Shown: in pieces, positions 12,686 to 26,545 of the stretch | How the letters are laid out: the number at the start of each line of letters is the position of its first letter | How positions within the stretch are numbered: the first letter of the stretch is position 1 | Origin: Eledone cirrhosa | Taxonomy: Eukaryota | NCBI GenBank assembly: GCA_964016885.1 | Contig: OZ024744.1 | Span: 123,566,001-123,630,000, forward strand | Length of the DNA: 64,000 bases | Direction: 5' to 3' | The notes under the pieces: generated by a model | Seen by the model: the letters and a program-made list of their open reading frames with translations, nothing else | Told to the model about the DNA's origin: nothing | Database searches by the model: none | Position numbers and translations under genes: made by a program

Positions 12686-12686
12686 T

Positions 12687-13875
12687 TAATTGAGAGATCA
12701 TAACTCTCATACTATGGACATATGGTTAGAATGTCTCAGGAAAGAATCTCTGAATTGAGAGATCACAACTCTGATAGTATGACATGTAGTTAGAATGTCT
12801 CTGGAAAGAATCTCTGAATTGAGAGATTACAACTCTGATACTATGACATGTGTTTAGAATGTCTCAGGAAAGAATCTCTGAATTGAGAGATCACAGCTCT
12901 GATACTATGACATGTAGTTAGAATGTCTCATTATCATCATCACCATTTTACGTCCGTTTTTCCATGCTAGAATGGGTTAGACGGGTTGTCCTGTTGTGGG
13001 CAGTGTCTGGTCGGCTGACCATGCCTTGCTCATACAGGAAATGATTTTGGCTTGATTTCTACAGCTGGATGCCCTTCCTAACACCACCCTCATTTACAGT
13101 GAGTGCTGGGTGCTTTTTTCTGTAGCACCTCCACGACCACTTTGCAGTGGGAGGGAGTGGGAGCATATTGTCTATATGCTTCGGGTACTCTGTATTACTG
13201 CGTGATGCCAGAGGTCACGGTCGTGTGTCATCGCCCTTGAGAGGTGTAATTGGGTAAGGTCGGCTTTTATCACCTCATCCCAGGTCTTCTTGGGTCTCGG
13301 GGAAAGAATCTCTGAATTCAGAGATCACAGCTCTGATACTATGACATGTGGTTAGAATGTCTCAGGAAAGAATCTCTGAATTGAGAGATCACAGCTCTGA
13401 TACTATGACATGTGGTTAGAATGTCTCAGGAAAGAATCTCTGAATTGAGAGATCACAGCTCTGATACTATGACATGTGGTTAGAATGTCTCAGGAAAGAA
13501 TCTCTGAATTGAGAGATCACAGCTCTGATACTATGACATGTGGTTAGAATGTCTCAGGAAAGAATCTCTGAATTGAGAGATCACAGCTCTGATACTATGT
13601 TCATGTAGTTACAATGTCTCAGGAAAGAATCTCTGAATTGAGAGATCACAGCTCTGATACTATGACATGTAGTTAGAATGTCTCAGGAGAGAATCGCTGA
13701 ATTGAGAGACCACAACTCTGATACTATGACATGTGGTTAGAATGCCTCAGGAAAGAATCTCTGAATTGAGAGATCACAGCTCTGATACTATGACATGTGG
13801 TTAGAATGCCTCAGGAAAGAATCTCTGAATTGAGAGATCACAGCTTAGATGCTATGGACATGTAGTTAGAATGTC

Positions 13876-13908
<33 letters not shown>

Positions 13909-14640
13909 CTGTTTTACGTCCGTTCTTCCACGCTAGCATGGGTCAGACGGGTTGTCCTGTTGTGGGCTGTGCCTGGTCGGCTGACCATGCCTTGCTCATA
14001 CAGGAAATGATTTTGGCTTGATTTCTACAGCTGGATGCCCTTCCTAACACCACCCTCATTTACAGTGAGTGCTGGGTGCTTTTTTCCGTGGCACGACCAC
14101 TTTGCAGTGGAAGGGTGTGTGAGCATATTGTCTATATGCTTCAGCTTGTACCCATGGGAGGTCGGGTACTCTGTATTACTGCATGACGCCAGAGGTTACG
14201 GTCGTGTGACATCGCCTTTGAGAGGTGTAATTGGGTAAGGTTGGCTTTTACCACCTCATCCCAGGTCTTGGGTCTCAGGAAAGAATCTCCTAATTGAGAG
14301 ATCACAGCTCTGATACTATGTTCATGTAGTTACAATGTCTCAGGAAAGAATCTCTGAATTGAGAGATTACAACTCTGATACTATGACATGTGGTTAGAAT
14401 GTCTCAGGAAAGAATCTCTAAATTGAGAGATCACAGCTCTGATACTATGACATGTGGTTAGAATGTCTCAGGAAAGAATCTCTGAATTGAGAGATCACAG
14501 CTCTGATACTATGACATGTGGTTAGAATGTCTCAGGAAAGAATCTCTGAATTGAGAGATCACAGCTCTGATACTATGACATGTGGTTAGAATGTCTCAGG
14601 AAAGAATCTCTGAATTGAGAGATCACAGCTCTGATACTAC
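12687..14640 (+). repeat. 64-bp tandem array (RTE-derived) with two embedded retroelement copies
   Basis: Unit gagatcacagctctgatactatgacatgtggttagaatgtctcaggaaagaatctctgaattga; insertions at ~12930-13297 and ~13878-14275. Confidence 0.93.
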
Positions 14641-14645
14641 AGCCA

Positions 14646-14804
14646 TAAATTTATGAAGAAAAAAGATTGAACACTGCAGAGAGCTAAGATTACAGTAACG
14701 TACTCCAGGGTGATTACTTTGAAGGAGAAAACTCTTAGTGTGAAGTTTGGGTTTGAAATAAATCTTTTGTGACATCAGCCCTGGAACTTTTTTGACGCAC
14801 CTCG
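14646..14804. mobile_element. Solo end fragment of the same mariner family as 63-927
   Basis: Near-identical to 770-927, ends cacctcg-TA. Confidence 0.85.
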
Positions 14805-15046
14805 TATGTGTGTTTGTCTGAATGTATGTGTGTGTGTTTGTGTGAATGTATGTGTGTGTATGTGAATGTATGTGTGTGAGTGTGTATTTTTGTAAGTGTG
14901 TCTGTGTTTATATGTTTATATTTATATACTCATACATATAAATGTACAGAGACCCATATACATATACATACGCATCAACGTATGGACAAAATTCTAGTTT
15001 TTAAAAGTTTTAGTTAATCTAAAACTGTTTGTTTGTTTCTTTACAG

Positions 15047-15234
15047 GACAACCCATCCGATTTCTCGTATTTCTTTGATACCTCACGCCGCCGAACATGT
15101 TACATAGCGCCGGAGAGGTTTGTAGACAGCAGCTGGAAGAATGCAGATGCCGCGACCCAGGTCAGCCTTGATTTGACTTCCAGTGAAACCAAATTTGGAG
15201 ATCTCACTCCAGCAATGGATATCTTCTCTTCGGG
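15047..15234 (+). CDS. PIK3R4: PIK3R4/VPS15 exon (activation segment)
   Basis: [25 protein letters not shown]...AMDIFSS(G); ttacag/GTAATT. Confidence 0.97.
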
Positions 15235-15299
15235 GTAATTTATTGATAAATCATCTCTTTCTGATGTATGCTCACCTTTCACTTGCCAGAAGGCAAGGC

Positions 15300-16150
15300 G
15301 GGGGCCCCTAAATTTGATCTGTACAACATATGCCAGGAAAGCCCAACATGTGGCTGGGGGAACCCTGACCACACTGTGCTGAATATTGTTCAGGATTACC
15401 CCTCTCAGCAGTTTTCCTGGAGGCCTGGAGGCAATCTGTAATATTACAAATGACACCTTAGTCTGGCTCGTTGGTCTCGACCTGCCTCTCTAACTGTCGT
15501 GATGTTACACGACAAGAAGAGACTTGCCCACTCTTTCTGTCTTTAGTTCTCTCTACCCCCTCTCTACTTATCTCTACAATGTTTCTCTCTTTCACCTCTC
15601 TTAGACGCTCTCTTTCTCTCTCACACACGAGTCAGCCAGAGAATACCTTCTCTATTTAAGGCTTTTAACATCTTGGGTTGGATTTCATCTTCCCCAGCAT
15701 CCTTGAGCTCTTTAACTGCTCTTGTGATCTCAGTCTCTGAGAGATGCCCCTCATGTACATCAGACGAATCTGTTTAGGAGATCAGCAAAGTATTCTATCC
15801 ACTTCATGAGGATGCACTTCTCTGAAGAGAGGAGAACCCCAGACACATTCTTCATAGCAAGTATGGTAGAGGGCTTCTTATTACGAAGTCGGTGGATGGT
15901 CTGTCAAAACTTTATTTACTGATCTAATGTTGGATTCTAATTTAACCCCCATGCCTTAAATTTGGAAGCCTTTACTGTCTCTGCTGCAATTCTGTCTGCC
16001 TGCTAGTATCGCAAGTGCAAGAACGACTTATTTCAAAGCCAAACTTTGTAGGCTTCCTTCTTTGCTATATTTTTTGATGAGTTCCGTCGTCCTTTCATTC
16101 CAGCTTTGAGAAACAGTCAATAGTCTTGACAAAGGGCAATAACAGAGAAA
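15300..16150 (-). mobile_element. Degraded Rex3/Expander-like RTE LINE internal fragment
   Basis: Minus-strand translation: KKEAYKVWL..AAETVKASKFKAWG..QTIHRLR..KWIEYFADLLN..EITRAVKEL..AGEDEIQPKMLKALNREGILWLTRVC. Confidence 0.7.
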
Positions 16151-16394
16151 CGGTGGAATAGGAGCAGGGGGGATGAGTACCTCCTTTCTTGCCAAATCTA
16201 ATCCTGTATTTCATCAACTTAACTAGCTATTGTTATTTAAATTACCACCAGGGTTAGCTTTGCCTTTCATCCTTACGGTGGGGTTGATAAAATAAAGTAC
16301 CGGTAATACACTAGGGTCGATTTAATTGACTTTCCACTCCCCTTAAAATTGCTGGCCTTGTGTCTAAAGTAGAAATAATTATTTCTCCTCATTC

Positions 16395-16610
16395 TCATCA
16401 CCACCACCATCACTACCATCACCACCACCATTGTCACCCCCCCCCAATCATCACCACCATCAACACCACCATCACCATCACCATTGTCACCACCACAACC
16501 ATCATCACCACCACCACCACCATCATCACCACCACCACCACCATGACCACCACCCCCATCCTCACCACCATCAACACCACCAACACCACCACCACCACCA
16601 CCACCACCAT
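16395..16610. repeat. (CAC/CAT)n microsatellite
   Basis: Direct; produces spurious poly-His/Thr ORFs. Confidence 0.95.
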
Positions 16611-16635
16611 AAAATAGAAATCATTATTATTTGGA

Positions 16636-17023
16636 TTGGCGGTGGATTGGCAGTATCGGTAGAGGGTCGGACACCATGCTTTCCAGCATAGTTACGTCCC
16701 TTTACAATCTGAGTTCAAATCCCGCCGAGGTTAACTTTGCCTTTCATCCATACGGGGTCGATAAAATAAAGTACCAGTAATGCACTGAGTAATTGCTGGC
16801 CTTGTGCCTAAAGTAGAAACAATTATTATTTGGATTGGCAGTATCGGGAGAGGGTTGGACGCCATGCTTTGATGCATAGAGTTATGGCCCTTGCCATTCT
16901 AAGTTCAAATCCTGCCGAGGTTAACTTTGCCTTTCATCCTTACGGGGTCAATAAAATAAAGTACCAATAATACACTGGTATAATTGGTGGCCTTGTGCCA
17001 AAAGTAGAAACAATTATTATTAT
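16636..17023 (+). mobile_element. Two tandem tRNA-derived SINE copies
   Basis: ggcggtggattggcagtatcgg..gagttcaaatccc..aaagtagaaacaattattatt twice. Confidence 0.9.
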
Positions 17024-17296
17024 TAGAAATACTAACAGAAAACCACTCTTCGGGTGGTTTTCTGCTAGCATGTGTAGTGTGTATATTGATATTATACGCA
17101 AGTATATATACATGTAGATATGATATATCATAAAATCGTAATTGACAATATATAATACATAGAAATTGAATGAAGATGTTGTTACACTGTCTTATGTAAT
17201 CAGTAACGTAATCCATGAAGTGCAACTTTGAAAAGAAGTCAATTTTAAATTATTTATTTTTTCGAAATTATTTTTGTTTATGAAATTTAGTACATA

Positions 17297-17520
17297 AAGT
17301 GGGGTACCTAAGTCACCCCAGGGTCGTCCACCCCCTATAGGGGAATTTATTTTGTTATATTTATACATTTATTTTATATTTTTATATCTTCATTGTTAAA
17401 TTAGTCTTGCCATTGTGCACTTTTACTCGACCTTATTGTAAACCCCCCACTGTCCCTGTCTTTGTATTGTCCCCTACATGTTGGCCCTTGTGGCCAATAA
17501 ATGAAATTATTATTATTATT
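17297..17520 (+). mobile_element. Tx1-like LINE 3' UTR fragment
   Basis: Near-identical to 22286-22510, AATAAA plus (ATT)n tail. Confidence 0.85.
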
Positions 17521-17523
17521 ATC

Positions 17524-17892
17524 ATTCTTTGAGTCTCAGTCATTGATGTTAGTTAACTGGAAAGTTTGTTGAAATGAATATCAAGCCGCTACCTGCAGCC
17601 TCAGATATTCAGGACGTATCGGAGGGTTCTTGCTGTTCCCAGCAAGCATGGCTTTTGAAGTGTTCCAAAAAGCAGGGCTGGACTAACTTTCTTTAACCAT
17701 CCTTGGAAACTCTTTGAGATAGTACCTAGTGCACCTATGACAATCGGGACGACCTTGATTTCATGGCAGTTCCAAATCCTTTTTACCTCCCACTTTAAGT
17801 CCTGGTATCGGTTAATTTTTCTCCCTCTCCTTTTCTTGCATTCTCGTGTCAAATGGGCAGGCCTCTTCTACAATCAGGCACGAGCATCTACA
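17524..17892 (-). mobile_element. R4-like LINE family B 3' fragment
   Basis: KINRYQDLKWEVKRIW..VVPIVIGALG; matches 22512-22870. Confidence 0.88.
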
Positions 17893-17982
17893 ATCAGTAT
17901 TATTATTATTATTATTAAAGTACCAGTAATGTACTGGGTAATTGCTGGCCTTGTGCCTAAAGTAGAAACAATTATTATTATT

Positions 17983-19340
17983 ACAGTTGCATTTATCTTG
18001 CTTTATGTTCATACGAGTTATCACCAAGTCACAACCAGTGACCTCAAGAGACAACAAGGTCCGCCATGTTCAAGAAAGAACATACATACTCACACATGCA
18101 TCTTTAGGTGTTTAGACTTGTGATGTACTTATATTGACAGAATCTTCTTTAGTATATGGGCAGTTCCCATTAGTACTATCTTTTGTATTTCTCCTATATG
18201 CGGGTTTCCTGGGATTTGCGATAAGTAATCATTAGACCCCTTAGGTATCATTCCCAGAGCGCCTACAACCACTGGTATTGTTTTAGTTCTCAATTTCCAC
18301 ATTTTTCCAATTTCTATCTCCAGGTCCTTATACTTGCTCAATTTTTCAAATGTTTTTATAGATACATTCTTGTCTATTGGAACGGACATATCAATTAGCA
18401 GGCATACCCTCTTTTTAAAGTCCTTCAGTATTATATCAGGTCTATTTGCATCTATTTTTCGGTCTGTTTGGATGCTAAAGTTCCACAAGATTGAGATGTA
18501 ACCTTTTTCAAGTATGGGAGGTGGTTGATGCTCCCACCAATTCTTTTGATGGGGCTGGTCAAAATGCTTACACATTATCCAATGTATGTATTGTGCAGCT
18601 CTGTCATGCCTGTTTAGGTATTCGGTTGGAGCTATAGGACTGCACATTGAAATTATATGATCAATTGTCTCTGGTTGTTTTTTACATACACGGCATAATG
18701 GGTTGCATCCATTTTATATTATGTTGGCTTGGTAATTTTTTATTGGCAGACATTGATCTTGTGCTGATATAATCAGTCCTTCAGTCTCCGATTTCAGTCC
18801 AGAGGATGCTAACCACTGATGGGTTAAAGTTTTGTCAACATCAGGATTGTTAGCTCTTTCTGGGTATTTTCTATACAGAGGCTTTTCTTGCCATTTCTTA
18901 GCCAGTTTCTGTAGCAGTTCTTTCTTTGCAGTTACTTTTACCTGCTTTGCTTTTTCTGTGTTTTCCATTTCAGCAGTAAATGGGACTTCTGAAATTTGTA
19001 GTCCATTACTGTATCTTTGTGCATCTTTTGTAATGGAATATGATCTTTTGATGCTTTCGTGTTTCAAAACGAGTTTGATCATCCAATCATGTGATTCCCT
19101 TAGATATGTAGATAATCCATTGTTGCAGTTTTCAACGCAATATCTAACTGGATTAACCCACGTCCTCCTTCTTTCCTAGGGAGATATATTCTATGTGTAT
19201 CTGCCTTAGGGTGATGCATTCTGTGCATCGTTAAGAATTTTCTTAAGAATTTTTTGTATCGAGCCTACAGATATCTGTGCTTGACCAGTTGATGACATTG
19301 TAATTGTAGGTTACTACTGGTATGGCAAGCGTGTTTATGG
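17983..19340 (-). mobile_element. R4/Dong-like LINE family A, 5'-truncated defective copy
   Basis: Highly similar to 26544-27900; RHD..NRPDII..IDMSVP..K..KY RLE. Confidence 0.92.
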
Positions 19341-19539
19341 GTTTGCCTTTCATCCTTATGGGGTCGATAAAATAAAGTACCAGTAATACACTGGAATAAT
19401 TGCTGGCCTTGTGCCAAAAGTAGAAACAATTATTATTATTTTTATTATTTAACTTTGCCTTTCATCCTTATGGGGTCGATAAAATAAAGTACCAGTAATG
19501 CACTGGGTAATTGCTGGCCTTGTGACTAATGTAGAAACA

Positions 19540-19591
<52 letters not shown>

Positions 19592-19598
19592 TATTATC

Positions 19599-22510
19599 AG
19601 TTAAGCAAAAGTTGACAGGGGGGATCATCAACAACAGATGGTGGGGGAGTCTCAAAAGAGAGATTAGAGTAACTTCGATAGAGTTCAGCAAAGAACTAAC
19701 GTTAGAGAAAAATAGAAAGGTGGGGGAGCTGGTAGATAAGTTAGACGAGGCTATTTGTAGTGGCATTGCAACTGACGTGCTAGCGGCGAGAATGGCATTA
19801 GACCATTTCTTCAATGCGAAACACGAAGGTTGCATTGTCAGAGCTAAGGCGCGTGCACTGAGAAACGAGGCAACCAAAGCTGTTCGATGGGCACGCGTGG
19901 CGGAGGCGCAGCGTGGTAATAAAACCACAATTCGGTCTTTTGTGAACCGAGACGGACACGAGATAAGCGATTCCAAGCGGATGTGTGAGGCCTTTCGCCA
20001 GCACTTTGCTCGGTTGTTCGGGGAGAGTGGCGAGTCAGAGAGAGTAGCGGATTTCAGTCCCTACCTTGGCGGCTTGCCACGCATCTCGATGCTGAGCGCT
20101 GCGAAAGACCGATTACTTCAGCCGAAATTCAGGACGCCCTTGTCGGCTGCATGAGGCGCAAGTCACCCGGTTTGGATGGTCTGCCCTACGAGCTTTACGT
20201 AAATATGCCAGACTTGTTCTCCGATCTCCTCGAAGCACTCTACTGCAACTGGCAGCAGAATGGGAGTATTCCCAGTTCTGTGAGCAGGGGAGTGGTGACG
20301 CTGATTAGGAAAGACGAGAACAAGAGGGATACATTAGACAACTTCAGGCCCATAACTCTGCTCAACACAGAGTTTAAGATTTTGGCCAAGGTGTAGCAAA
20401 GAGATTGGCGCTTGTCGTCGAGGATTTGGTTGGGGAGGCGCAAACTTGCGCAATCCCAGCCAGGTCCATACACGACAATCTCCACCTCATACGATACATC
20501 ATAGAGAGGGTAGGGTGTAAACCTGGCTTTGGTGAGGCACTGATCAATTTAGATCAATCGAAAGCATTCGATAGGGTCGACCATCGGTATCTGGAGTTTG
20601 TCCTCAAAGCAGCTGGCTTCGGCCCTGTCTTCAGAAGCTGGATCGCTGCAATGCACAGCGGCACACGCTCGGTGGTCAAGGTTAATGGCCACCTCTCGGA
20701 ACCATTTCGGCTCTCCCGATCGGTCCGTCAAGGGTGCCCTCTCTCCTCTCTTCTGTACGTATTGACTCTCGAGCCTTTACTTCAGAAGCTGGAGCTGTTG
20801 CAGGGCATCCCGCTCGAACCGGGATGTGGAAAGGCGGTGTAGGCTTATGCGGACGACATCACTGTGATGGTGTCGAACACCTCAGAAATCGAGGTGGTCG
20901 GTACCTTATTGAAGGAATATGAAAGGTTGACAGGAGCCAAACTTAACCCGGAAAAGTTGGTGGGCTTGCAGCTCGGAACCTGGAGAGGCAAGCCCATGCC
21001 ATCCAACAGCGTCGTGGGGTGCTGGATGGATGGACCGGTAAAGTTGCTCGGGGTTTGGTTCGGACCAGACCTCCAGGTGGAAAAGAATTGGGACGAGATA
21101 ACGAACAGAGTAGCCAGCCTCACCCAAAAATGGACTGGGAGGAAGCTATCACCGAAAGGTCACGTGGAGGTGGCGAATGCGTACATCGCGTCCGTCATCT
21201 ACTACCGCCTGACCGTCGTGCCTTGCCCCCGTCCGCGCCTCGTCAAGTTGGAACGGCTCCTCTTCAAATTCTTGTGGAAGAGACAAGTTCCGTTGGTGAG
21301 GCGGTCCATCTGCTGCCAGCACCCTCTACGCGGAGGGCTGGGCATGCCGTGGCTAATGATGCGCAGATATGCGTTGAGGCTGCGACATCTCCAGATATTC
21401 TGCCTCAACGGTGAACAGGTGTGGTCGCCGTTTATCAGACGGTCCTTTCCGCAGCTCATTTATTTGACTGAGCTGCAGTCCTGGGTCAAGAAGAGACCGA
21501 GACTGGGTCACTGGCACCTGGAATGTTGCCAGGCACTCACTGCCCTCTATTAAGCGGGCAATGCAATCAGTGGAACTTCCACTCTCGCGTTCTATAGAGG
21601 ATTAGTGGTGGGCAAGTGCGATGATGCACTCGGTGCAGCTTTGGGCCTCGACGAAGTCGAACTGACCAGTCTGTACCGGAGGACTTTCGAGCCGGGGACG
21701 ATGGACAATTTCCAGAAATCCCTCGCTTGGCAGTGCTACCGGGGGGGCACTGCCGGTTCGGGATAAACTCTACAGGCACGGAAGTGCTGTCAGACGGACC
21801 TGCCCAAGATGCGCACAGAACGACGAAACCGTTCTGCACGCACTTGTCCAATGTCTGTGCATTACTGACTTGTGGAGTTATGTCGAACAGCTACTGTCGC
21901 GTGTGGAACGAATCCGGCTATCGGCCGAGTCCATAGTGAAGATCGACCCGCCGCCTTCCTTAGGTCAGGAAGAGCAGGAAATTTTCCTCTGTCTGGTGGC
22001 AATTGCGAAAGAGGTTATATGGTGGACCAGGTTAAAAGGACTGAAGACAGACACTTTTCTCTTCGGCCAATCCCTCATCAACTTCTTCAAGTTTCACCTG
22101 GAAAGGATGGTGAGAGTGGAGAGAGAAGTGCTGCCCCCCCAGTACATTTGCTAAAAGGTGGATGAATGTGGCGAGAATGGCTTGTGTGAATGGGCCTACT
22201 CTGACCATGCGCCTATAGGCTAGCTAACTTGAGGAGAGGGGTGCTCTCCCTGGATGCCCTAGAAGCGCAGGGTGGTTCAGGATCGGTGGGGTACTTGAGT
22301 CACCCCAGGGTCGTCCACCCCCATCGGGGAATTTATTTTGTTATATTTATGCATAATTTATTTTATATTTTTATATCTTCATTGTTAAATTAGTCTTGCC
22401 ATTGTGCACTTTTACTCGACCTTATTGTAAACCCCCACTGTCCCTATCTTTGTATTGTCCCCTACATGTCGGCCCTTGTGGCTAATAAATGAAAACATTA
22501 TTATTATTAT
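19599..22510 (+). mobile_element. Tx1/L1-clade LINE, 5'-truncated ORF2, disabled
   Basis: KSPGLDGLP, RPITLLNTEFKILAK, DQSKAFDRV, RQGCPLS, AYADDI, C-terminal CPRC..H...C; frameshifts and stops; polyA signal and (ATT)n tail. Confidence 0.9.
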
Positions 22511-22511
22511 T

Positions 22512-25500
22512 GTTCTTTGAGTCTCAGTCATTGATGTTAGTTAACTGGAAAGTTTGTTGAAATGAATATCAAGCCACTACCTGCAGCCTCAGATATTCAG
22601 GACGTATCGGAGGGTTCTTGCTGTTCCCAGCAAGCATGCCTTTTGAAGCGTTCCAAAAAGCGTGGCGGGGCCAATTTTCTTTAACCATCCCTGGAAACTT
22701 TTTGAGATAGTACCTAGTGCACCTATGACAATCGGGACCACTTTGACTTCATGGCAGTTCCAAATCCTTTTTACCTCCCACTTTAAGTCCTGGTATCGGT
22801 TAATTTTCTCCCTCTCCTTCTCTTGCACTCTCGTGTCGAATGGTCAGGCCACATCCACAATCAGGCACAATCTTTTTTCCTTGTCCAAAACCACCAGGTC
22901 AGGTCTATTGTGTTCCAGTTTCTTGTCCGTCTGTATCCTAAAATCCCACAGCACCTTCACCTGATCGTTTTCTATCACCGACTCTGGCTTATGCTCATAC
23001 CACTTCTCAGAATGTGGTAAATTGTTTACTTTGCATCAGTGCCAGTGGATCACCCTGCCCATCACATCATGTCTCCAGCCCTTATAGTGAGTCTGGGCTA
23101 GGTGTTTACACTCGGATACAATGTGAGCCACAGTCTCCTCTCTCTCTCCACAGATCCTGCACAGTGGGCTAGCCTCCTCCTTGTAAATATGGTGTTTCAA
23201 CCACTTTGTTTTGAGGGCCTGCTCTTGCGCAGCCATTAGCATTCCTTCTGTAGCCTTTTTAAGGTCTCTTTTCAACCAGTTCCATGTCTGTGGATCTCTG
23301 AATTCAGTTTTCTCAAAGAAGGTACTATGAAGGGATTTTTCATGAAGGCTGCTCTTTCTCCTTGGACATCCCCTGGTCTATTGTCCTCTCCTTCAGTACA
23401 ATTCTGAGCATTGGCTCCTTACTATCAGTCACGTATTTGTGTAGGTTGTTTTTCTCTATCTGAACACAGTCCTCTATGCTGATAAGACCTCTTCCACCTT
23501 CAGATCTCCTTAGGTAGAGTTTATCGACATCACTCCTCTTGTGGAACATGTTGTAGATAGTCAATAGCTTCCTAGTCTTCCTATCCATTTCTTTTTGTTC
23601 AGCAACATTCCATCTCAGAATTCCCACACTGTACCTAATAATAGACACAGCTCGGGAATTTACTGCACTTATGGCATTCCTACTGTTCAGATGTGACTTT
23701 AATATGCTCCTTACTCTCCGAATGTATTCAGATCTTATCAATTCCTTCATTTTTTTTGTTCTTGATGTCATCAGCCTCCAGAACACCCAAATACTTGTAT
23801 CCTTTTTCAGTGTCAATTTCCTTTATCATCTCACCTGTTGGTACCTGGATTCCATTGCTTCTGCTCAATTTACCCCTCTTCATCACAAGGACTCTACACT
23901 TACTAATACCAAATTGCATACATATATCATTGCTGAAAATACGGACAGTGTCAACAAGCACATCCAACTCCTTCTCACTCTTCCCGAAGAGCTTAAGATC
24001 GTCCATGAAGAGGAGGTGATTGATGGTAAGCTCTCCCTCTCCCTTTTCCATGGCAAGACCAGTGTGTCTCTTCTTGCAATTCCTCATTACCATCTTATCA
24101 ATAAGTAACTGGTCCTTTGTACCACGGGACTTCTTTCGGCATCCTTTCTGTTCGTCCGGTAACAAGTTGTTTGTGTGGAGGTGATAGTAGATTTCCTCAG
24201 ACATAATGCTTGTCAACAGTTTCCACATTACGGACAGACATGTGATAGGTCTATAGTTGGTAACATCATTACCCTTGATTCGGTCTTTCATTACCAGAAC
24301 TGTGGTACCTTTTGTCAACCACTCTGGTACCTCACCTGACATCAAGCAGTCATTGAACATGGTTGTCAGTTTCGGGTGGAGGGATGTTATATTTTTAATC
24401 CAATACCCCTGCACACCATCTGGGCCTGGTGCTTTCCAGTTGGTTAGTTTTTTGGCCTGCCCCTTAAGAGTTTCAACTGTGATACTCAAATCAGGTTGTT
24501 GGTGTGCCTGTTCACTAATCTCCTTTTGTACTGTCTCAATCCACACTGCCTGGTCATTATGTTTAACATCCTGCTCCCATATTCCTCTCCAGAATGTCTT
24601 AGTTTGTTCCGCCTCAGGGATCAAGTCGTTGCCTCTTTCTTTCCCTTCAAGCTGTCCAAACAGCATCTTCTGGTTGTTGTCAAACATGCGGTTCTGTCTA
24701 TACTGACAAACTCTGCTCTCGTATCGCCTAATTTTTGCACTCTTTGCTACAATGCATTGCTTCAGTTCCTCTATGATAATATTTAGCTTTTTCCTCCTAG
24801 TTTTGTACTTTATTTCCAGTCTATTTTTAGTGTCTGTTTTTTAGTGTCCCATTCAGTAGGGACTCAAGCTTTCCAATGTCATTTCTCATTTCCCTGATTT
24901 GACCATTCAGTTGTTTCTTCCACCAAGGTTCTGATCTTTCTTGTTTGTTGTTTCCTCTTGCTTTTATGCCAAGTAATTTCCTCACTGCATTTGCTGTTGC
25001 TTTGCGGATATTGTTGCACTGGTGAAAGCTCCTCGCCTCAAGGTATGGGATGACTTTGTTTACCTTAGCTGTTGTTTCTTTTAACTTTTTCCTGTCTACA
25101 AATCTTAGGTTCATAGGTTTTCCACTATCATTGTTCATTTCATCTACCACTAAGTTCAGGATATCAACCAAATCTTGTCCTAGCCCGTCAGCATTCATTT
25201 CCTCAATGGCCGTATCTTTGTTCCAGGTATTATTTATTTCAGCATTCAGATCATTGTCTGCTTCGGATGGTTCCTCCGTTCTCTCAACCTCCTCACCTTC
25301 ATTTCCCACTGGCTTATTTGCCTGGCATACTCCACTCTCCATTTCCAACCTAATCTCTCTGCTCAGTTCCTCCAGTTCCAGCTCGCTTATCCACCCATTA
25401 GTTCTTATTACCCGAGCCTGCCCGGCCAATTTTTGTTCATCTAATTTAAATAGACCAATCTCGTTCCAGATCTTATGCATCCGTTTCCTATAGCCTTTCT

Positions 25501-25740
25501 CCTTGGGGTTACTCTTCAGGTAACATTGCATAACAGTTCTATTCAATTCTTTCGTCCAGTTGGTTCTGGTCCCTTTCTTTCTTCTTCCTCCGACACCAGC
25601 AGTACTTGGTTGACAGCCAGGTCCCTGCTGCTGAGCCAGGGAGCACCTGCTGGGTGAGAGTCTGTCACATGACATTCAAGTCTCCACTTCACCGTTATTC
25701 GAACTGTTTAGGTTCGACATTTAAACACTCTTATCGAGGA
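22512..25740 (-). mobile_element. R4/Dong-like RLE LINE family B, near full length, frameshifted, internal RT deletion
   Basis: N-term WTKELNRTVMQCY..GYRKRMHKIW, KAPGPDG, YRPITCL, LFMDDLKL, CRIC..H..C, RHD, RLE; GLAM joined directly to EKGEG..HLLFMDD (RT segment with QGD motif missing). Confidence 0.9.
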
Positions 25741-26511
25741 TTGGTGAATGTATGGTTACATAACCACTGGTGATTTCATCACCTCCGGTGATTTTAGTGT
25801 GGCACTATCACGCTGTAGACGAACATAAATAAACAAACAAATAGGTAAAAAAAAAAACCACCCAAAAAGAATAAGCATAAGTTTCATTGTAATGTAATGT
25901 TTGAATGTCTGACTTAGTTTTTTTTTTTCTCCTTCTCTGTCTGTCTGTTTGTTTTGATTTTCATTTTTCTTTTCTTTACGTTTTTCGTTGTTGCTGTGCT
26001 ATTTTGATTTTGATTTTTGATTTTTTGACCGGGTCATCAAATCAGTCTATTTATCTCTTTTGATGCCTTCCTCTTTTAGTGGTGGTACTACGATGCATTT
26101 CTTAGCAGGAGGTAGTGGGAGAGAATAACGGCGGTAGCGATAATGAGACAGTGGTTGTGGTGATGTGATCGTAGTACTGTAGTGATGGTGTTGAAGTTGA
26201 AATAGAAGTTAAGGTAACTTGACTAGAGTTTTTGGCGTGGTAGTAGTGGTGATGGTGGTGGTGGTGTTGGTGGTGAAATTATTTGCCTGTCTGTCCACTT
26301 AGCCATTTTGCCATTTTCCTTTTTTCGACTATAACATTTCTGATCCAAAATTAAATATTAAATATTGGGGCCCTATGCTATAAAGTGATGTGTTGTGGCT
26401 TGCTGAGCGTAAAAACTGTAATCTTATACATCATTTGTAATAAGAATTATTCTATCACAGTTGTTTTAAATAAGTAAAAATCAAAAACTTACGGGAGCGA
26501 TTCCATAACGA

Positions 26512-26543
<32 letters not shown>

Positions 26544-26545
<2 letters not shown>

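Noticed and set aside
12687-14640. CRISPR-like regular repeats (also 39862-40856)
   Set aside because: Head-to-tail monomers with no unique spacers, no cas genes, eukaryotic intron
16360-16691. Poly-His/poly-Thr ORFs
   Set aside because: (CAC)n microsatellite
16636-16730. tRNA gene
   Set aside because: A/B boxes belong to a SINE head; no complete cloverleaf and followed by SINE body
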